The notes under the pieces were generated by a model. It made no database searches. It saw nothing but the letters and a program-made list of their open reading frames with translations, and was not told the DNA's origin. Position numbers and translations under genes: made by a program. Below are positions 16,422 through 24,472 of a stretch of DNA of 64,000 nt, piece after piece (positions within the stretch are counted from its first letter, which is position 1; every line of letters begins with the position of its first letter). The stretch is from an uncultured virus (IMG/VR IMGVR_UViG_3300005805_000085) (taxonomy: Duplodnaviria; Heunggongvirae; Uroviricota; Caudoviricetes): the IMG/VR virus record IMGVR_UViG_3300005805_000085, positions 1,963 through 65,962 of that record; one strand, written 5' to 3'.

Positions 16422-16978
16422 GTTACAATCTACCACTAGCCACTAATACAACTTTTGGCGTAATGCAAGCTAGTACAGGTTTAAGTGCTACAACAGGTAT
16501 AGTAACTGCAACTGGTGGAGGCACCGGAGGAGATGTAGGTTACTTTTACGCTAATGTAACTCAGACCAATTTATTACCTATTAACACAGTTACTCTTACA
16601 AATACTACCCTATCACAAGGTATAACTCTTGTAGCTGGCAGTCAACTTACTGTAAGTAAATCCGCTAACTACCTACTACAAGTAACTATTCAATTTGCTA
16701 AAAGCACAAGTGCTGGCGGCGCAGCAACTGGTTTTTTCTGGTTGCGTAAGAATGGTATAGATGTAGCAGATAGTGCTACTGACGTAATAACTACGGCTGC
16801 AGGTGCTGGTGTAGTCCTAGCAGTAAATTACACACTACCACTTCTAGCTGGCGATTACCTAGAGATGGTATGGTCGGCTAATACCACAAATGCAGAACTA
16901 ATTAACATACCAGCACAGCCCGGGCCGCCTGTAATACCCGCTGCTCCTTGTGTTCGTATGACTCTTCTTGAAGTATGA
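16418..16978 (+). CDS. Fibre-repeat plus BclA-C/C1q-like beta-sandwich protein
   Basis: ATNTTFGVMQASTGL; FFWLRKNG..LLAGDYLEMVW. Confidence 0.7.
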   Translation: MSYNLPLATNTTFGVMQASTGLSATTGIVTATGGGTGGDVGYFYANVTQTNLLPINTVTLTNTTLSQGITLVAGSQLTVSKSANYLLQVTIQFAKSTSAGGAATGFFWLRKNGIDVADSATDVITTAAGAGVVLAVNYTLPLLAGDYLEMVWSANTTNAELINIPAQPGPPVIPAAPCVRMTLLEV

Positions 16979-17007
16979 TGCTATAATAAAAATAACAAGG
17001 AAACATC

Positions 17008-17412
17008 ATGGCTTATAATACCCCAGTAACCTCTACCACAAACTATGGTGTAGTTAAAGTTGGTAGTGGAATTAATGTAACTAACGGCGTTATTTCAGTA
17101 GTAGGAAATGAAACTGTAAATACGCATCTAGTAAACAATGCAGCAAGTCCATATACACTAGACAGCGCAGGAGCTACTCCAAACTACTACTTAGGCGTAG
17201 TTGGCACTGGCGCAGCGATTACCATTAACTTAACTGCTGGTACTGATGGCAGAACAGTAGTCATCAAAAGCGAAGCAGGACAAACAAGTGATATTACTAT
17301 AGTGCCTAATGGCGCAGAAACTATTGAAAATGTAGCAAGTTATACTATCCTTGCTGCTACAGACGGCAGTACAACTCTTATATTTCGCGGAACAAATTGG
17401 AACGTAGTCTAA
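17008..17412 (+). CDS. Fibre-repeat plus beta-sandwich protein (same C-domain type as 15924-16421)
   Basis: TSTTNYGVVKVGSGINVTNGVIS; TINL..GRTVVIK..ETIE..W. Confidence 0.75.
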   Translation: MAYNTPVTSTTNYGVVKVGSGINVTNGVISVVGNETVNTHLVNNAASPYTLDSAGATPNYYLGVVGTGAAITINLTAGTDGRTVVIKSEAGQTSDITIVPNGAETIENVASYTILAATDGSTTLIFRGTNWNVV

Positions 17413-17595
17413 GGAGATAACGGGTTAAATTAACTTTGACACAAACTTAGAGGTACCTGCTAGGTTATGTGGAGCACTATTATAGTGTGGTTTCTTCGGC
17501 CTAGGGTGTAACAGCTTCTAGAGGGCTTGGACGTAGCAATCTAAGACATAGTTAGATTTTAATTATAACCTTTAAAAACCTTATAAAGTAGTAAA

Positions 17596-17811
17596 ATGTC
17601 AGCTTTAAAGATTCACAAATACTGGTGTCAAAAACAAGAACAAGATTACAAAACCATAATGCAAGCTGTAGATGACTTGGGCGCAGCTAGCCTTGCTCTA
17701 GCAACTAACGGTGCTCAAGCCTATACACAGTTCCTACAAGCCCGTGACGATTTTCGAGAATGTTTTACAGAGATAAATAAACACTATCGTTATGTAGAAC
17801 AAGACAGTTAA
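17596..17811 (+). CDS. Hypothetical protein
   Basis: 71-aa helical ORF. Confidence 0.6.
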   Translation: MSALKIHKYWCQKQEQDYKTIMQAVDDLGAASLALATNGAQAYTQFLQARDDFRECFTEINKHYRYVEQDS

Positions 17812-17821
17812 AATTTTAATA

Positions 17822-17850
17822 TTGAATTATGCAGTCTAGTTTGTTATAAT
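17822..17850 (+). promoter_or_regulatory. T5-type promoter
   Basis: TTGAAT-N17-TATAAT. Confidence 0.75.
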
Positions 17851-17906
17851 ATTACTTTGGCGTTGATTGAAACTGCAAAGTAATTAATATTTAATTTAGG
17901 TGTACT

Positions 17907-18023
17907 ATGAAACTAAAGCCTCGCAATCCACTAGTTGTACTGGCCCGAAAGCGTAAGGCTGGTTCACATACCAAAACCCATAAGCAAGTTCGTGGTCAAC
18001 TAAATCGCAAACTAGATGCATAA
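17907..18023 (+). CDS. 38-aa basic peptide MKLKPRNPLVVLARKRKAGSH...
   Basis: AGGTG RBS, first ORF after the promoter. Confidence 0.65.
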   Translation: MKLKPRNPLVVLARKRKAGSHTKTHKQVRGQLNRKLDA

Positions 18024-18029
18024 GTTAAC

Positions 18030-18130
18030 GGAAGGGTTGCTAATATTGGCCTTAGGGCGAGCCTTATAAACTCGTAAGCACTGTCCAGATAAGGCAGTTA
18101 ATGTGGGTTCGATTCCCACCCCTTCTACCA
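18030..18130 (+). tRNA. Atypical tRNA with anticodon UAU and long variable arm
   Basis: GGAAGGG/CCCTTCT-A-CCA, loop CT-TAT-AA, extra arm ACTGTC..GGCAGT, canonical T arm. Confidence 0.75.
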
Positions 18131-18135
18131 TTAAT

Positions 18136-18228
18136 AGTGAGTTGGCTGAGCGGCTTAAGGCAGCGGTTTGCTAAACCGTCGATTCGGGTCAACCGGGTCC
18201 GTGGGTTCGAATCCCACACTCACTGCCA
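18136..18228 (+). tRNA. tRNA-Ser(GCU)
   Basis: GCGGT-tt-GCT-aa-ACCGT, long arm, G73, CCA. Confidence 0.93.
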
Positions 18229-18239
18229 CGGAGAATACT

Positions 18240-18545
18240 ATGAACTACTCTACAGAAACGCTTATAGCAGCACTAGATGCTATAATTACTAAAGCAAAAA
18301 ATGTTAAACGAGGCGATAGCGTTAGCTGGAATTCCAGTGGCGGTACTGCTCGTGGCAAAGTTACTAAAGTTATTACAAGCGGTGAGGAACAAGTCCCCGG
18401 TAGTAGCTTTAAAATTACTGGAACGCCTGATGATCCCGGCGCATTAATCAAGGTATACCGGGAACAGGATGGCAAATACAAGCCTACAGATACTATTGTA
18501 GGGCATAAAACAAAAACTCTAACAAAAATTCCTGCACTGGATTAA
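18240..18545 (+). CDS. DUF2945/Tudor-like (HVA1-like) protein
   Basis: GDSVSWNSSGGTARGKVTK...VGHK. Confidence 0.7.
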   Translation: MNYSTETLIAALDAIITKAKNVKRGDSVSWNSSGGTARGKVTKVITSGEEQVPGSSFKITGTPDDPGALIKVYREQDGKYKPTDTIVGHKTKTLTKIPALD

Positions 18546-18547
18546 TT

Positions 18548-18700
18548 ATGCCTTGCTATAAATGTTCAAACGGTAAATATAAATATGGTCAACGTGGCAA
18601 CTGTCAGTTTGACACACTAGAGGCTTGTAAGGCTGCTGAAGCAGCTATTCATGCTCGCGAGTCGAAAAAGCCTAAAAAAGAACAAAAACCTAAAAAATAA
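18548..18700 (+). CDS. 50-aa Cys/Lys-rich protein
   Basis: MPCYKCSNGKYKYGQRGNCQFDTLEAC... Confidence 0.65.
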   Translation: MPCYKCSNGKYKYGQRGNCQFDTLEACKAAEAAIHARESKKPKKEQKPKK

Positions 18701-18702
18701 AT

Positions 18703-18779
18703 GCACCTATCGTCTAGCGGCCTAGGACAACTCCCTTTCACGGAGTAGATCGCGGGTTCGAATCCCGCTAGGTGTGCCA
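18703..18779 (+). tRNA. tRNA-Glu(UUC)
   Basis: ACTCC-ct-TTC-ac-GGAGT, CCA. Confidence 0.93.
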
Positions 18780-18783
18780 TATA

Positions 18784-18862
18784 CTGAGTGTATTGTCAGC
18801 CCGGTTAGACGGCCGAGCTTGGAACTCGGAGGTCGCAGGTTCAAATCCTGCCACTCAGACCA
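18784..18862 (+). tRNA. tRNA-Pro(UGG)
   Basis: CCGAG-ct-TGG-aa-CTCGG, CCA. Confidence 0.92.
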
Positions 18863-18867
18863 TATAC

Positions 18868-18943
18868 GCCGCTTTAGCTGATGTGGTCATAGCATGGGTC
18901 TGAAGAGCCCGGGAACCTGGTTCGATCCCAGGAGGCGGTACCA
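18868..18943 (+). tRNA. tRNA-Phe(GAA)
   Basis: TGGGT-ct-GAA-ga-GCCCG, CCA. Confidence 0.9.
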
Positions 18944-18975
18944 ATTCAGGTTAGCTATAGAACCTAAACCGCTAT

Positions 18976-19050
18976 AGCCGTTACTAGCTGCGGCAGTGCT
19001 AGCGTCATCCATAACAGACGATACGGGTTATGCCGGACAGGTAACCGGCT
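18976..19050 (+). ncRNA. Cloverleaf-like structured RNA followed by a U-run
   Basis: AGCCGTTAC/GTAACCGGCT closing; CTAGC/GCTAG, CGTC/GACG, CGG/CCG arms. Confidence 0.5.
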
Positions 19051-19086
19051 TTTTCTTTTTACACACACAACACACAAGGTTCTAAC

Positions 19087-19326
19087 ATGACAACTAAAAA
19101 TCCGTACGAAATCCGCACTGAGTTGCTGCAACTTGCTCAGGGCTATCTTCAACAACAGTTTGACGCTAATAAACAATTTGCAGAACAGGCCTTTCACCAG
19201 ATGGTAGATCTTGGCAAAGTTCAACCCGAAGATTGGGCTAAACATATGCCCAAGTTCTATGATTTTAAAGATATTCTAGAGAAAGCCAAGGAATTATACG
19301 GCTTTGTAAATAATGAAAGTCGCTGA
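19087..19326 (+). CDS. Hypothetical phage protein
   Basis: KNPYEIRTELLQLA...ILEKAKELYGFV. Confidence 0.75.
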   Translation: MTTKNPYEIRTELLQLAQGYLQQQFDANKQFAEQAFHQMVDLGKVQPEDWAKHMPKFYDFKDILEKAKELYGFVNNESR

Positions 19327-19327
19327 T

Positions 19328-19471
19328 ATGTGGCAGCGCATCCTGGAATTTGTTCGTCCGTACACTTTCGAGGATTACATCAAAGAATACGGCCCTAAAG
19401 ACCACAAAGAACTAGAAGATCTAGAAAAGCGTTGGCTTACCTCTAGTAACTGGTTCAATCGTTCACAATAA
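19328..19471 (+). CDS. 47-aa protein (DUF3563-like)
   Basis: MWQRILEF..EDYI..DHKELE..EKRW. Confidence 0.5.
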   Translation: MWQRILEFVRPYTFEDYIKEYGPKDHKELEDLEKRWLTSSNWFNRSQ

Positions 19472-19478
19472 CAATTTT

Positions 19479-19552
19479 CGCGGAATAGAGTAAAGGTAAC
19501 TCAGGAGTCTCATAAGCTCCAGATGGGGGTTCGATTCCCTCTTCCGCTACCA
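19479..19552 (+). tRNA. tRNA-Met(CAU), initiator-like
   Basis: C1xU72 mismatch, CGCGGAA acceptor, ct-CAT-aa. Confidence 0.88.
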
Positions 19553-19562
19553 AGGACCACAT

Positions 19563-20021
19563 ATGAGTGTAACACTTAAAAATCTAGAAAGTGCTCTAGC
19601 TGGTGAATCTATGGCACATATTAAATATCTATACTTTGCAAAACTTGCTGAAGAACAGGGCTTCTGGGAAGTAGCAGATCATTTCTACTGGACTGCAGAT
19701 CAGGAGATTAAACACGCTTGGGGTCACCTTGAGTTGCTAATAGGTAAACCTAGTGTAGTAGAGTCTCTTGAGATGGCAATTGCTGGCGAAACTTATGAGT
19801 ATACACAAATGTATCCTGAGTTTAAGCAAATTGCACAGGTTGAAAAAAATCTTAAAATTGCTGCCGAGTTTAAAGAGCAGGAAACAGAATCCAAAGACCA
19901 TGCTCAACGCTTTGCTGAAGTGCTACAAAAAGCCGAAAAGCGATTTGCAGCTCTTGCTAAGGTAGAACAAAAACACGCTGAAGCATATAAACAAATTCTT
20001 AAAGAGGTTGACCATGAGTGA
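19563..20021 (+). other. Rubrerythrin (ferritin-like domain only)
   Basis: NLESALAGESMAH..Y..FA..A, QEIKHA, AIAGETYEYTQMYP, ESKDHA. Confidence 0.92.
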
Positions 20022-20157
20022 AGAACACGTTTGTGTAGTTTGTGGCTGGGTTTATGAAGGCAGCGAACTTGATGAAGGCATTCACTGGAACGACCTTGAA
20101 CACGATTTTGAATGTCCAGAGTGCGGCGTAGGCAAAACCGACTTTGAGATAATTTAA
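20014..20157 (+). CDS. Rubredoxin
   Basis: CVVCGWVY...FECPECGVGKTDF; below the ORF-track cutoff. Confidence 0.9.
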   Translation: MSEEHVCVVCGWVYEGSELDEGIHWNDLEHDFECPECGVGKTDFEII

Positions 20158-20168
20158 GCCTACTAGTT

Positions 20169-20242
20169 CTCTCCATGGTGTAATGGCAGCATACCAGTCT
20201 CCAAAACTGTTGGTTGCGGTTCGAGTCCGTATGGGGAGGCCA
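20169..20242 (+). tRNA. tRNA-Trp(CCA)
   Basis: CAGT-ct-CCA-aa-ACTG, G73, CCA. Confidence 0.9.
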
Positions 20243-20256
20243 AGAAAATTTTTGTC

Positions 20257-20285
20257 TTGACCCTAAATCGCAGATTTGCTATAAT
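20257..20285 (+). promoter_or_regulatory. T5-type promoter containing GACCCTAAA
   Basis: TTGACC-N17-TATAAT. Confidence 0.8.
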
Positions 20286-20314
20286 ATTATTTCTGTGACA
20301 ATTTAGGAATCCAA

Positions 20315-20530
20315 ATGCAAGCATTAAATCAAGTTACTAGCCCCATGTTCTTGTTGCCTGCCTATGGTCGCCAGTATAAGACTCGTGAGCAAGTGCTCCG
20401 CGACTGGCAGATGGGCAAAGATTTTCAAATTGAGGGCGGCCCGTATTGTTCGATCCGCGACCTTGACCTAATGCACAAGCAGTTCCAAAATATCTATATT
20501 CTCTACGACAGGGGAACTGTAGAAGTCTGA
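20315..20530 (+). CDS. Hypothetical phage protein
   Basis: PAYGRQYKT..DWQMGKDF. Confidence 0.7.
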   Translation: MQALNQVTSPMFLLPAYGRQYKTREQVLRDWQMGKDFQIEGGPYCSIRDLDLMHKQFQNIYILYDRGTVEV

Positions 20531-20535
20531 TCTAA

Positions 20536-20621
20536 GCCCCGGTGGTGAAATCGGTAGACACAAGGGACTTAAAATCCCTCGCTGAAAATGCGTGCCGGTT
20601 CGAGTCCGGCTCGGGGCACCA
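20536..20621 (+). tRNA. tRNA-Leu(UAA)
   Basis: AGGGA-ct-TAA-aa-TCCCT, CCA. Confidence 0.94.
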
Positions 20622-20638
20622 TACACTTAGGAATCTGA

Positions 20639-20836
20639 ATGAAGTATCCATACGCTACACTTAATATGTGCTTAAAGAGTATGCTTGGTTCACAAGAGTT
20701 AGTAGACAAGTGGTACGAATCTCCTAATCGTGCATTTGGTATGCAGACTCCCTTACAAATGTTGGAGTCAGGAGATGAACCTCGTAAAACAGTTTACAAG
20801 TATATCTTAGCACAACTTAATTATATTCCACAGTAG
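20639..20836 (+). CDS. Xre/MbcA/ParS antitoxin C-terminal-domain-like protein (DUF2384)
   Basis: KWYESPNRAFGMQTPLQML. Confidence 0.7.
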   Translation: MKYPYATLNMCLKSMLGSQELVDKWYESPNRAFGMQTPLQMLESGDEPRKTVYKYILAQLNYIPQ

Positions 20837-20901
20837 CTCAGCGGTAGAGCAGTTGACTGTTAATCAATTGGTCGTTGGTTCGATCCCAGCCTGTGGAGCC
20901 A
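20827..20901 (+). tRNA. tRNA-Asn(GUU)
   Basis: GTTGA-ct-GTT-aa-TCAAT, CCA. Confidence 0.94.
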
Positions 20902-20903
20902 AG

Positions 20904-20977
20904 TGGGGTATAGTGAAACGGTATCACACAGGATTTTGATTCCCATATTCTTGGTTCGACTCCAAGTACCCCTGCCA
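20904..20977 (+). tRNA. tRNA-Gln(UUG)
   Basis: TGGGGTA acceptor, tt-TTG-at loop, weak anticodon stem, CCA. Confidence 0.85.
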
Positions 20978-20982
20978 TAATC

Positions 20983-21453
20983 ATGAAACAATTCGACCTA
21001 GACGAAATCAAACAATTTATTAGTGCTCAGAGCCCAGACACCAAGATATACTTGGGCGCAGACAGTGAGCGTGTAAGTGGTGGTGATTGCTGGATGGCTG
21101 AATACTACCTAGCTGTTGTAGTTCATCTAGAAGGTAAGCACGGCTGTAAAATATTTGGTCAGATTACTCGTGAGCGAGACTATGACCAACGCCGAGACAA
21201 GCCTGCGCTCAGGCTCATGGGCGAAGTTTACAAAGTAGCCCAGCTATTTAATGAGCTAAGCGACGTCCTACAAGATCGTCATGTAGAAGTACACCTAGAC
21301 ATTAATCCAGATGACCGCTATGCAAGTTCGCAAGTAATTTCTCAAGCTATTGGATATATTCGTGGTACTTGCAATATAGAAGCACAAGTTAAACCTCAAG
21401 CATTTGCAGCAAGTTACGCAGCAGACCGACTAAAATTTATTCTTTCAAACTAA
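20983..21453 (+). CDS. RNase H-like YkuK family protein (DUF458)
   Basis: IYLGADS, EVHLDIN, KPQAFAASYAADR. Confidence 0.85.
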   Translation: MKQFDLDEIKQFISAQSPDTKIYLGADSERVSGGDCWMAEYYLAVVVHLEGKHGCKIFGQITRERDYDQRRDKPALRLMGEVYKVAQLFNELSDVLQDRHVEVHLDINPDDRYASSQVISQAIGYIRGTCNIEAQVKPQAFAASYAADRLKFILSN

Positions 21454-21454
21454 A

Positions 21455-21676
21455 ATGACTAAAGACCGCTTTGACCTTGAACAAGAAATCCTAGATTGCT
21501 GGCATATCACCGATGATCTACAGACTATTATGGAAACAGATAGTCTTAATCTTAGTGATGATGTGCATAATCTCCTACTTGGGCTTAAGACTCTTTATCA
21601 CCTTAAGTTTGAGCGTACTTTTGCAACATTTGAACAGCTAGTTACCGAACGCAAACTAGATTCCCGAATTATGTGA
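21455..21676 (+). CDS. Hypothetical phage protein
   Basis: DRFDLEQEILDCW..LLGLKTLYHLKFE. Confidence 0.75.
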   Translation: MTKDRFDLEQEILDCWHITDDLQTIMETDSLNLSDDVHNLLLGLKTLYHLKFERTFATFEQLVTERKLDSRIM

Positions 21677-21749
21677 CGGTGTTGCTGAACGGCTAGGCTA
21701 CAGTCTGCAAAACTGTGTTATGTGGGTTCAAGTCCCACCCGTCACTCCA
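21673..21749 (+). tRNA. tRNA-Cys(GCA)
   Basis: ACAGT-ct-GCA-aa-ACTGT, U73, CCA. Confidence 0.88.
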
Positions 21750-21753
21750 CACC

Positions 21754-21828
<75 letters not shown>

Positions 21829-21840
21829 CTAGATATAATC

Positions 21841-22230
21841 ATGAACGAAGAACTTAAAGATTCACTAAGTGAAATTGGGGAAGCTTGGAATAAAGCTATG
21901 CTTGAAATTGAACAAGCTAGTGAGGACTACTGGAATAGTTTAACTAAAGAACAACAGCTTGATGCCTTCTGTGCAGTGTGTCGTCGCATCTACAAAGGTG
22001 ACATTGAAGACAAAGGCACTTATCGCTATGTTCTCTACAATGTGTTTGAGTTCGGGCCAGAAGCCTATGCTCCTGCACAAATGGCAGGTTATCTGACCAT
22101 ACATAACAGCATTTTTGATGCTGAACACGATGACAACTTGCTAACTAAATTTGCTGAGTTTTGTGGTCTTGACCAAGCAAAAGTTAGTGAATTCTGGAAT
22201 CAGCATTCTTGGGCACAAGATATAGGATAA
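21841..22230 (+). CDS. Hypothetical phage protein
   Basis: GTYRYVLYNVFEFGPEAY. Confidence 0.75.
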   Translation: MNEELKDSLSEIGEAWNKAMLEIEQASEDYWNSLTKEQQLDAFCAVCRRIYKGDIEDKGTYRYVLYNVFEFGPEAYAPAQMAGYLTIHNSIFDAEHDDNLLTKFAEFCGLDQAKVSEFWNQHSWAQDIG

Positions 22231-22235
22231 ATACT

Positions 22236-22415
22236 ATGGCTTGGGTATGGGTTATACTATTTTCTGTGTTAGGCACTGGCGGCGAGCACGGAACCAGAGG
22301 CGCATACTCTAGCAGAGCGGAGTGCGAACAAGCACTAATCAAACTTAAACTAGACTACGAAACTAAAGGTAAAACTCTAGTTGGTAGTTGTAGTGTTACG
22401 CAAAAGAAAATATAG
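22236..22415 (+). CDS. Small exported protein
   Basis: Hydrophobic N-terminus; YSSRAECEQA...C. Confidence 0.6.
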   Translation: MAWVWVILFSVLGTGGEHGTRGAYSSRAECEQALIKLKLDYETKGKTLVGSCSVTQKKI

Positions 22416-22758
22416 TTGTATGAAGTTAACCCAAAGGTGCTTTGGACGCGGGTTCGACTCCCGCCTGGTCCACCATAGATACATTACACCATTAACGCCA
22501 CGGGGTTATCTAGAGCTGCAGCTCGAAAAGCACACTGTGAGAAGTGCAGATAACGGTAGTGTATCTTTGATGGGCCAGTCATGGTTTCGACAGGGTGCAG
22601 AGTAGGAAAATGGACAACTCGACAATGCAGAAGTCGTAGGGCTGGGACTACCCGGCTAGAGAAGCAAACAAACTAAACGCAAACGATGAAACGTTCGCAT
22701 TAGCCGCCTAAACTCGGCTTAGGGTTCCAGGTTATCCTCGTAACAGAAAACCTGGACT
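22413..22758 (+). ncRNA. ssrA: Circularly permuted (two-piece) tmRNA
   Basis: Acceptor piece ends GGTTCGACTCCCGCCTGGTCCACCA (22475); coding piece starts GGGCCAG (22572) with G3.U70; tag 22679-22711 reads ANDETFALAA*. Confidence 0.92.
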
Positions 22759-22813
22759 TAAATGGCCATTTGGCATTTTTATTAACAATTCTTGCTCAAC
22801 TGAGGAGAATAAG

Positions 22814-23254
22814 ATGACACTAAAAGATATTAATAAATACTTTCTAGGCTTTGATGAAGCTCAGGATCGCCTTAACAAATTGCATACGCAAATGATTGCT
22901 AAGGCAAATGTTAACTATCCCCCATACAATGTTCGCAAAACAGAAGATCACAAGTATCTCCTAGAGCTAGCTGTTGCTGGTTTTAAGGAGAGTGAGATTA
23001 GTGTTGAAGTATCAAAAGGCGAACTTGTAATCACTGCTCAAAAGTCTGAACAAGACGATGACAAAGATTACGCAGGATGGATTCATCAAGGTATTGCCTA
23101 CAGAGGCTTTACTCGTAGCTTTTTCCTAGACAATCAGTATGAAGTCCTACATGCCGAGCTTAAAGACGGCTTGCTAAAGGTTTACCTAGGCTTGCAAGAA
23201 ACCCTGAAGCCTAAGCGTATTCCTATTGGTGGACAACAACAGCTTGATCTTTAG
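22814..23254 (+). CDS. Small heat-shock protein (Hsp20/IbpA-like)
   Basis: NYPPYN, LELAVAGF, HQGIAYRGFTRSF, LKDGLL. Confidence 0.93.
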   Translation: MTLKDINKYFLGFDEAQDRLNKLHTQMIAKANVNYPPYNVRKTEDHKYLLELAVAGFKESEISVEVSKGELVITAQKSEQDDDKDYAGWIHQGIAYRGFTRSFFLDNQYEVLHAELKDGLLKVYLGLQETLKPKRIPIGGQQQLDL

Positions 23255-23342
23255 AAGCGTGGTCGAGGGGTTTAAGGCACCGGTCTTGAAAACCGACGAT
23301 TCCGTAAGGGGTCCGTGAGTTCGAATCTCACCGCTTCTGCCA
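23253..23342 (+). tRNA. tRNA-Ser(UGA)
   Basis: CGGT-ct-TGA-aa-ACCG, long arm, CCA. Confidence 0.93.
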
Positions 23343-23510
23343 ACACAGAGGGTGCCCAGCACCCTCTACTTTTTAGATTTGCGCCAATGAACCAAACAAA
23401 AATTCCACCCAGTGCTGGCTACCTTATTCCACTACCAACTAAAATGTTCCTAAATTGGACTGTGGACGAGTGGGGATTCTGGAACGTAGAAGTGCTAGTT
23501 TTAGACTAAT

Positions 23511-23693
23511 ATGATTACCCCTTGTATTAAAGTGTGTAGGCTAGACCCTAAATTGGAGTATTGCACCGGATGTTGGCGATCTAGAGAAGAAATCCAAGAC
23601 TGGACTACATACACAAACGAACAGCGACAACAAATAGTAGATAATCTTACCCATCGATGGGCTAAGCTAGCGGGTATAGTGTTTAACGGTTAG
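23511..23693 (+). CDS. DUF1289 Fe-S-like protein
   Basis: TPCIKVC..YCTGCWRSREEI..W. Confidence 0.85.
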   Translation: MITPCIKVCRLDPKLEYCTGCWRSREEIQDWTTYTNEQRQQIVDNLTHRWAKLAGIVFNG

Positions 23694-23747
23694 CACGCCA
23701 GTCTTCCAAACTCGAAGTGAGGAGTTCGAATCTCCCTACCCGCTCCA
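23670..23747 (+). tRNA. tRNA-Gly(UCC)
   Basis: GCGGGTA acceptor, ct-TCC-aa, U73, CCA. Confidence 0.9.
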
Positions 23748-24316
23748 TGAAAAAAATTATACTTTCCCTGTTCGATTATAGTGGCAATTGGCCTAAATAC
23801 TACCGCGACAGCGGATTATATGACGTATATCAAGTAGACGTTAAACTTGGTCTTGATATACTTGATATAACTCCCGGCGACTTACCACATCCCATACACG
23901 GTATCCTAGCTGCTCCACCTTGCACAGACTTTGCTAGTAGCGGCGCTCAGTACTGGTCACAAAAAGATAGGGATGGTCGTACCCAACAGAGCTTACAACT
24001 AGTAGATAAAACCCTAGAAATTATAAGTTATCACGAACCCAAATGGTGGGTGCTTGAAAATCCTGTGGGTAGACTAGCAAAACTTAGACCAGAATTAGGC
24101 ACGCCTTGGTATTTTCAGCCGTGGTGGTTTGGTGACGCCTACACCAAGAAAACAGGACTGTGGGGCACGTTTAATCGTGACTTACCACAATCGCCAGTTG
24201 ATCCGGACCCTAAATCGCCAATAATGCAGTTGGGCGGTAAATCAGAACGAACTAAAGAATTGCGTAGTATGACTCCACTAGGCTTTGCCCTAGCATTTTA
24301 TCTAGCAAATCCCTAG
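23747..24316 (+). CDS. Short C5-cytosine DNA methyltransferase-like protein
   Basis: ILSLFD.SG, AAPPCTDF, VLENPVGRL, YTKKTGLWG. Confidence 0.8.
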   Translation: MKKIILSLFDYSGNWPKYYRDSGLYDVYQVDVKLGLDILDITPGDLPHPIHGILAAPPCTDFASSGAQYWSQKDRDGRTQQSLQLVDKTLEIISYHEPKWWVLENPVGRLAKLRPELGTPWYFQPWWFGDAYTKKTGLWGTFNRDLPQSPVDPDPKSPIMQLGGKSERTKELRSMTPLGFALAFYLANP

Positions 24317-24389
24317 TACCTTAGCTCAGTGGTAGAGCATCTCGTTTACACCGAGAGGGTCGTGGGTTCGAAACCCTCAGGTACTACCA
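24315..24389 (+). tRNA. tRNA-Val(UAC)
   Basis: TCTCG-tt-TAC-ac-CGAGA, CCA. Confidence 0.92.
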
Positions 24390-24399
24390 AAACTTAAAC

Positions 24400-24428
24400 T
24401 TGCACAGGCCCAGTCAGTGTGATATAAT
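24400..24428 (+). promoter_or_regulatory. T5-type promoter
   Basis: TTGCAC-N17-TATAAT. Confidence 0.75.
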
Positions 24429-24472
24429 ATAAAAATGTCACACAGGCTGGGCATTATTTTTAAGGTCTAAAA

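Noticed and set aside
22508-22556. Second hammerhead in the tmRNA spacer
   Set aside because: Three-way junction with GAAA but no CUGANGA core
22381-22605. ORFs overlapping RNA genes (also 18101-18292 and the 5' extensions of 13997, 18168, 23315, 23717)
   Set aside because: Shadows of tmRNA and tRNA sequence
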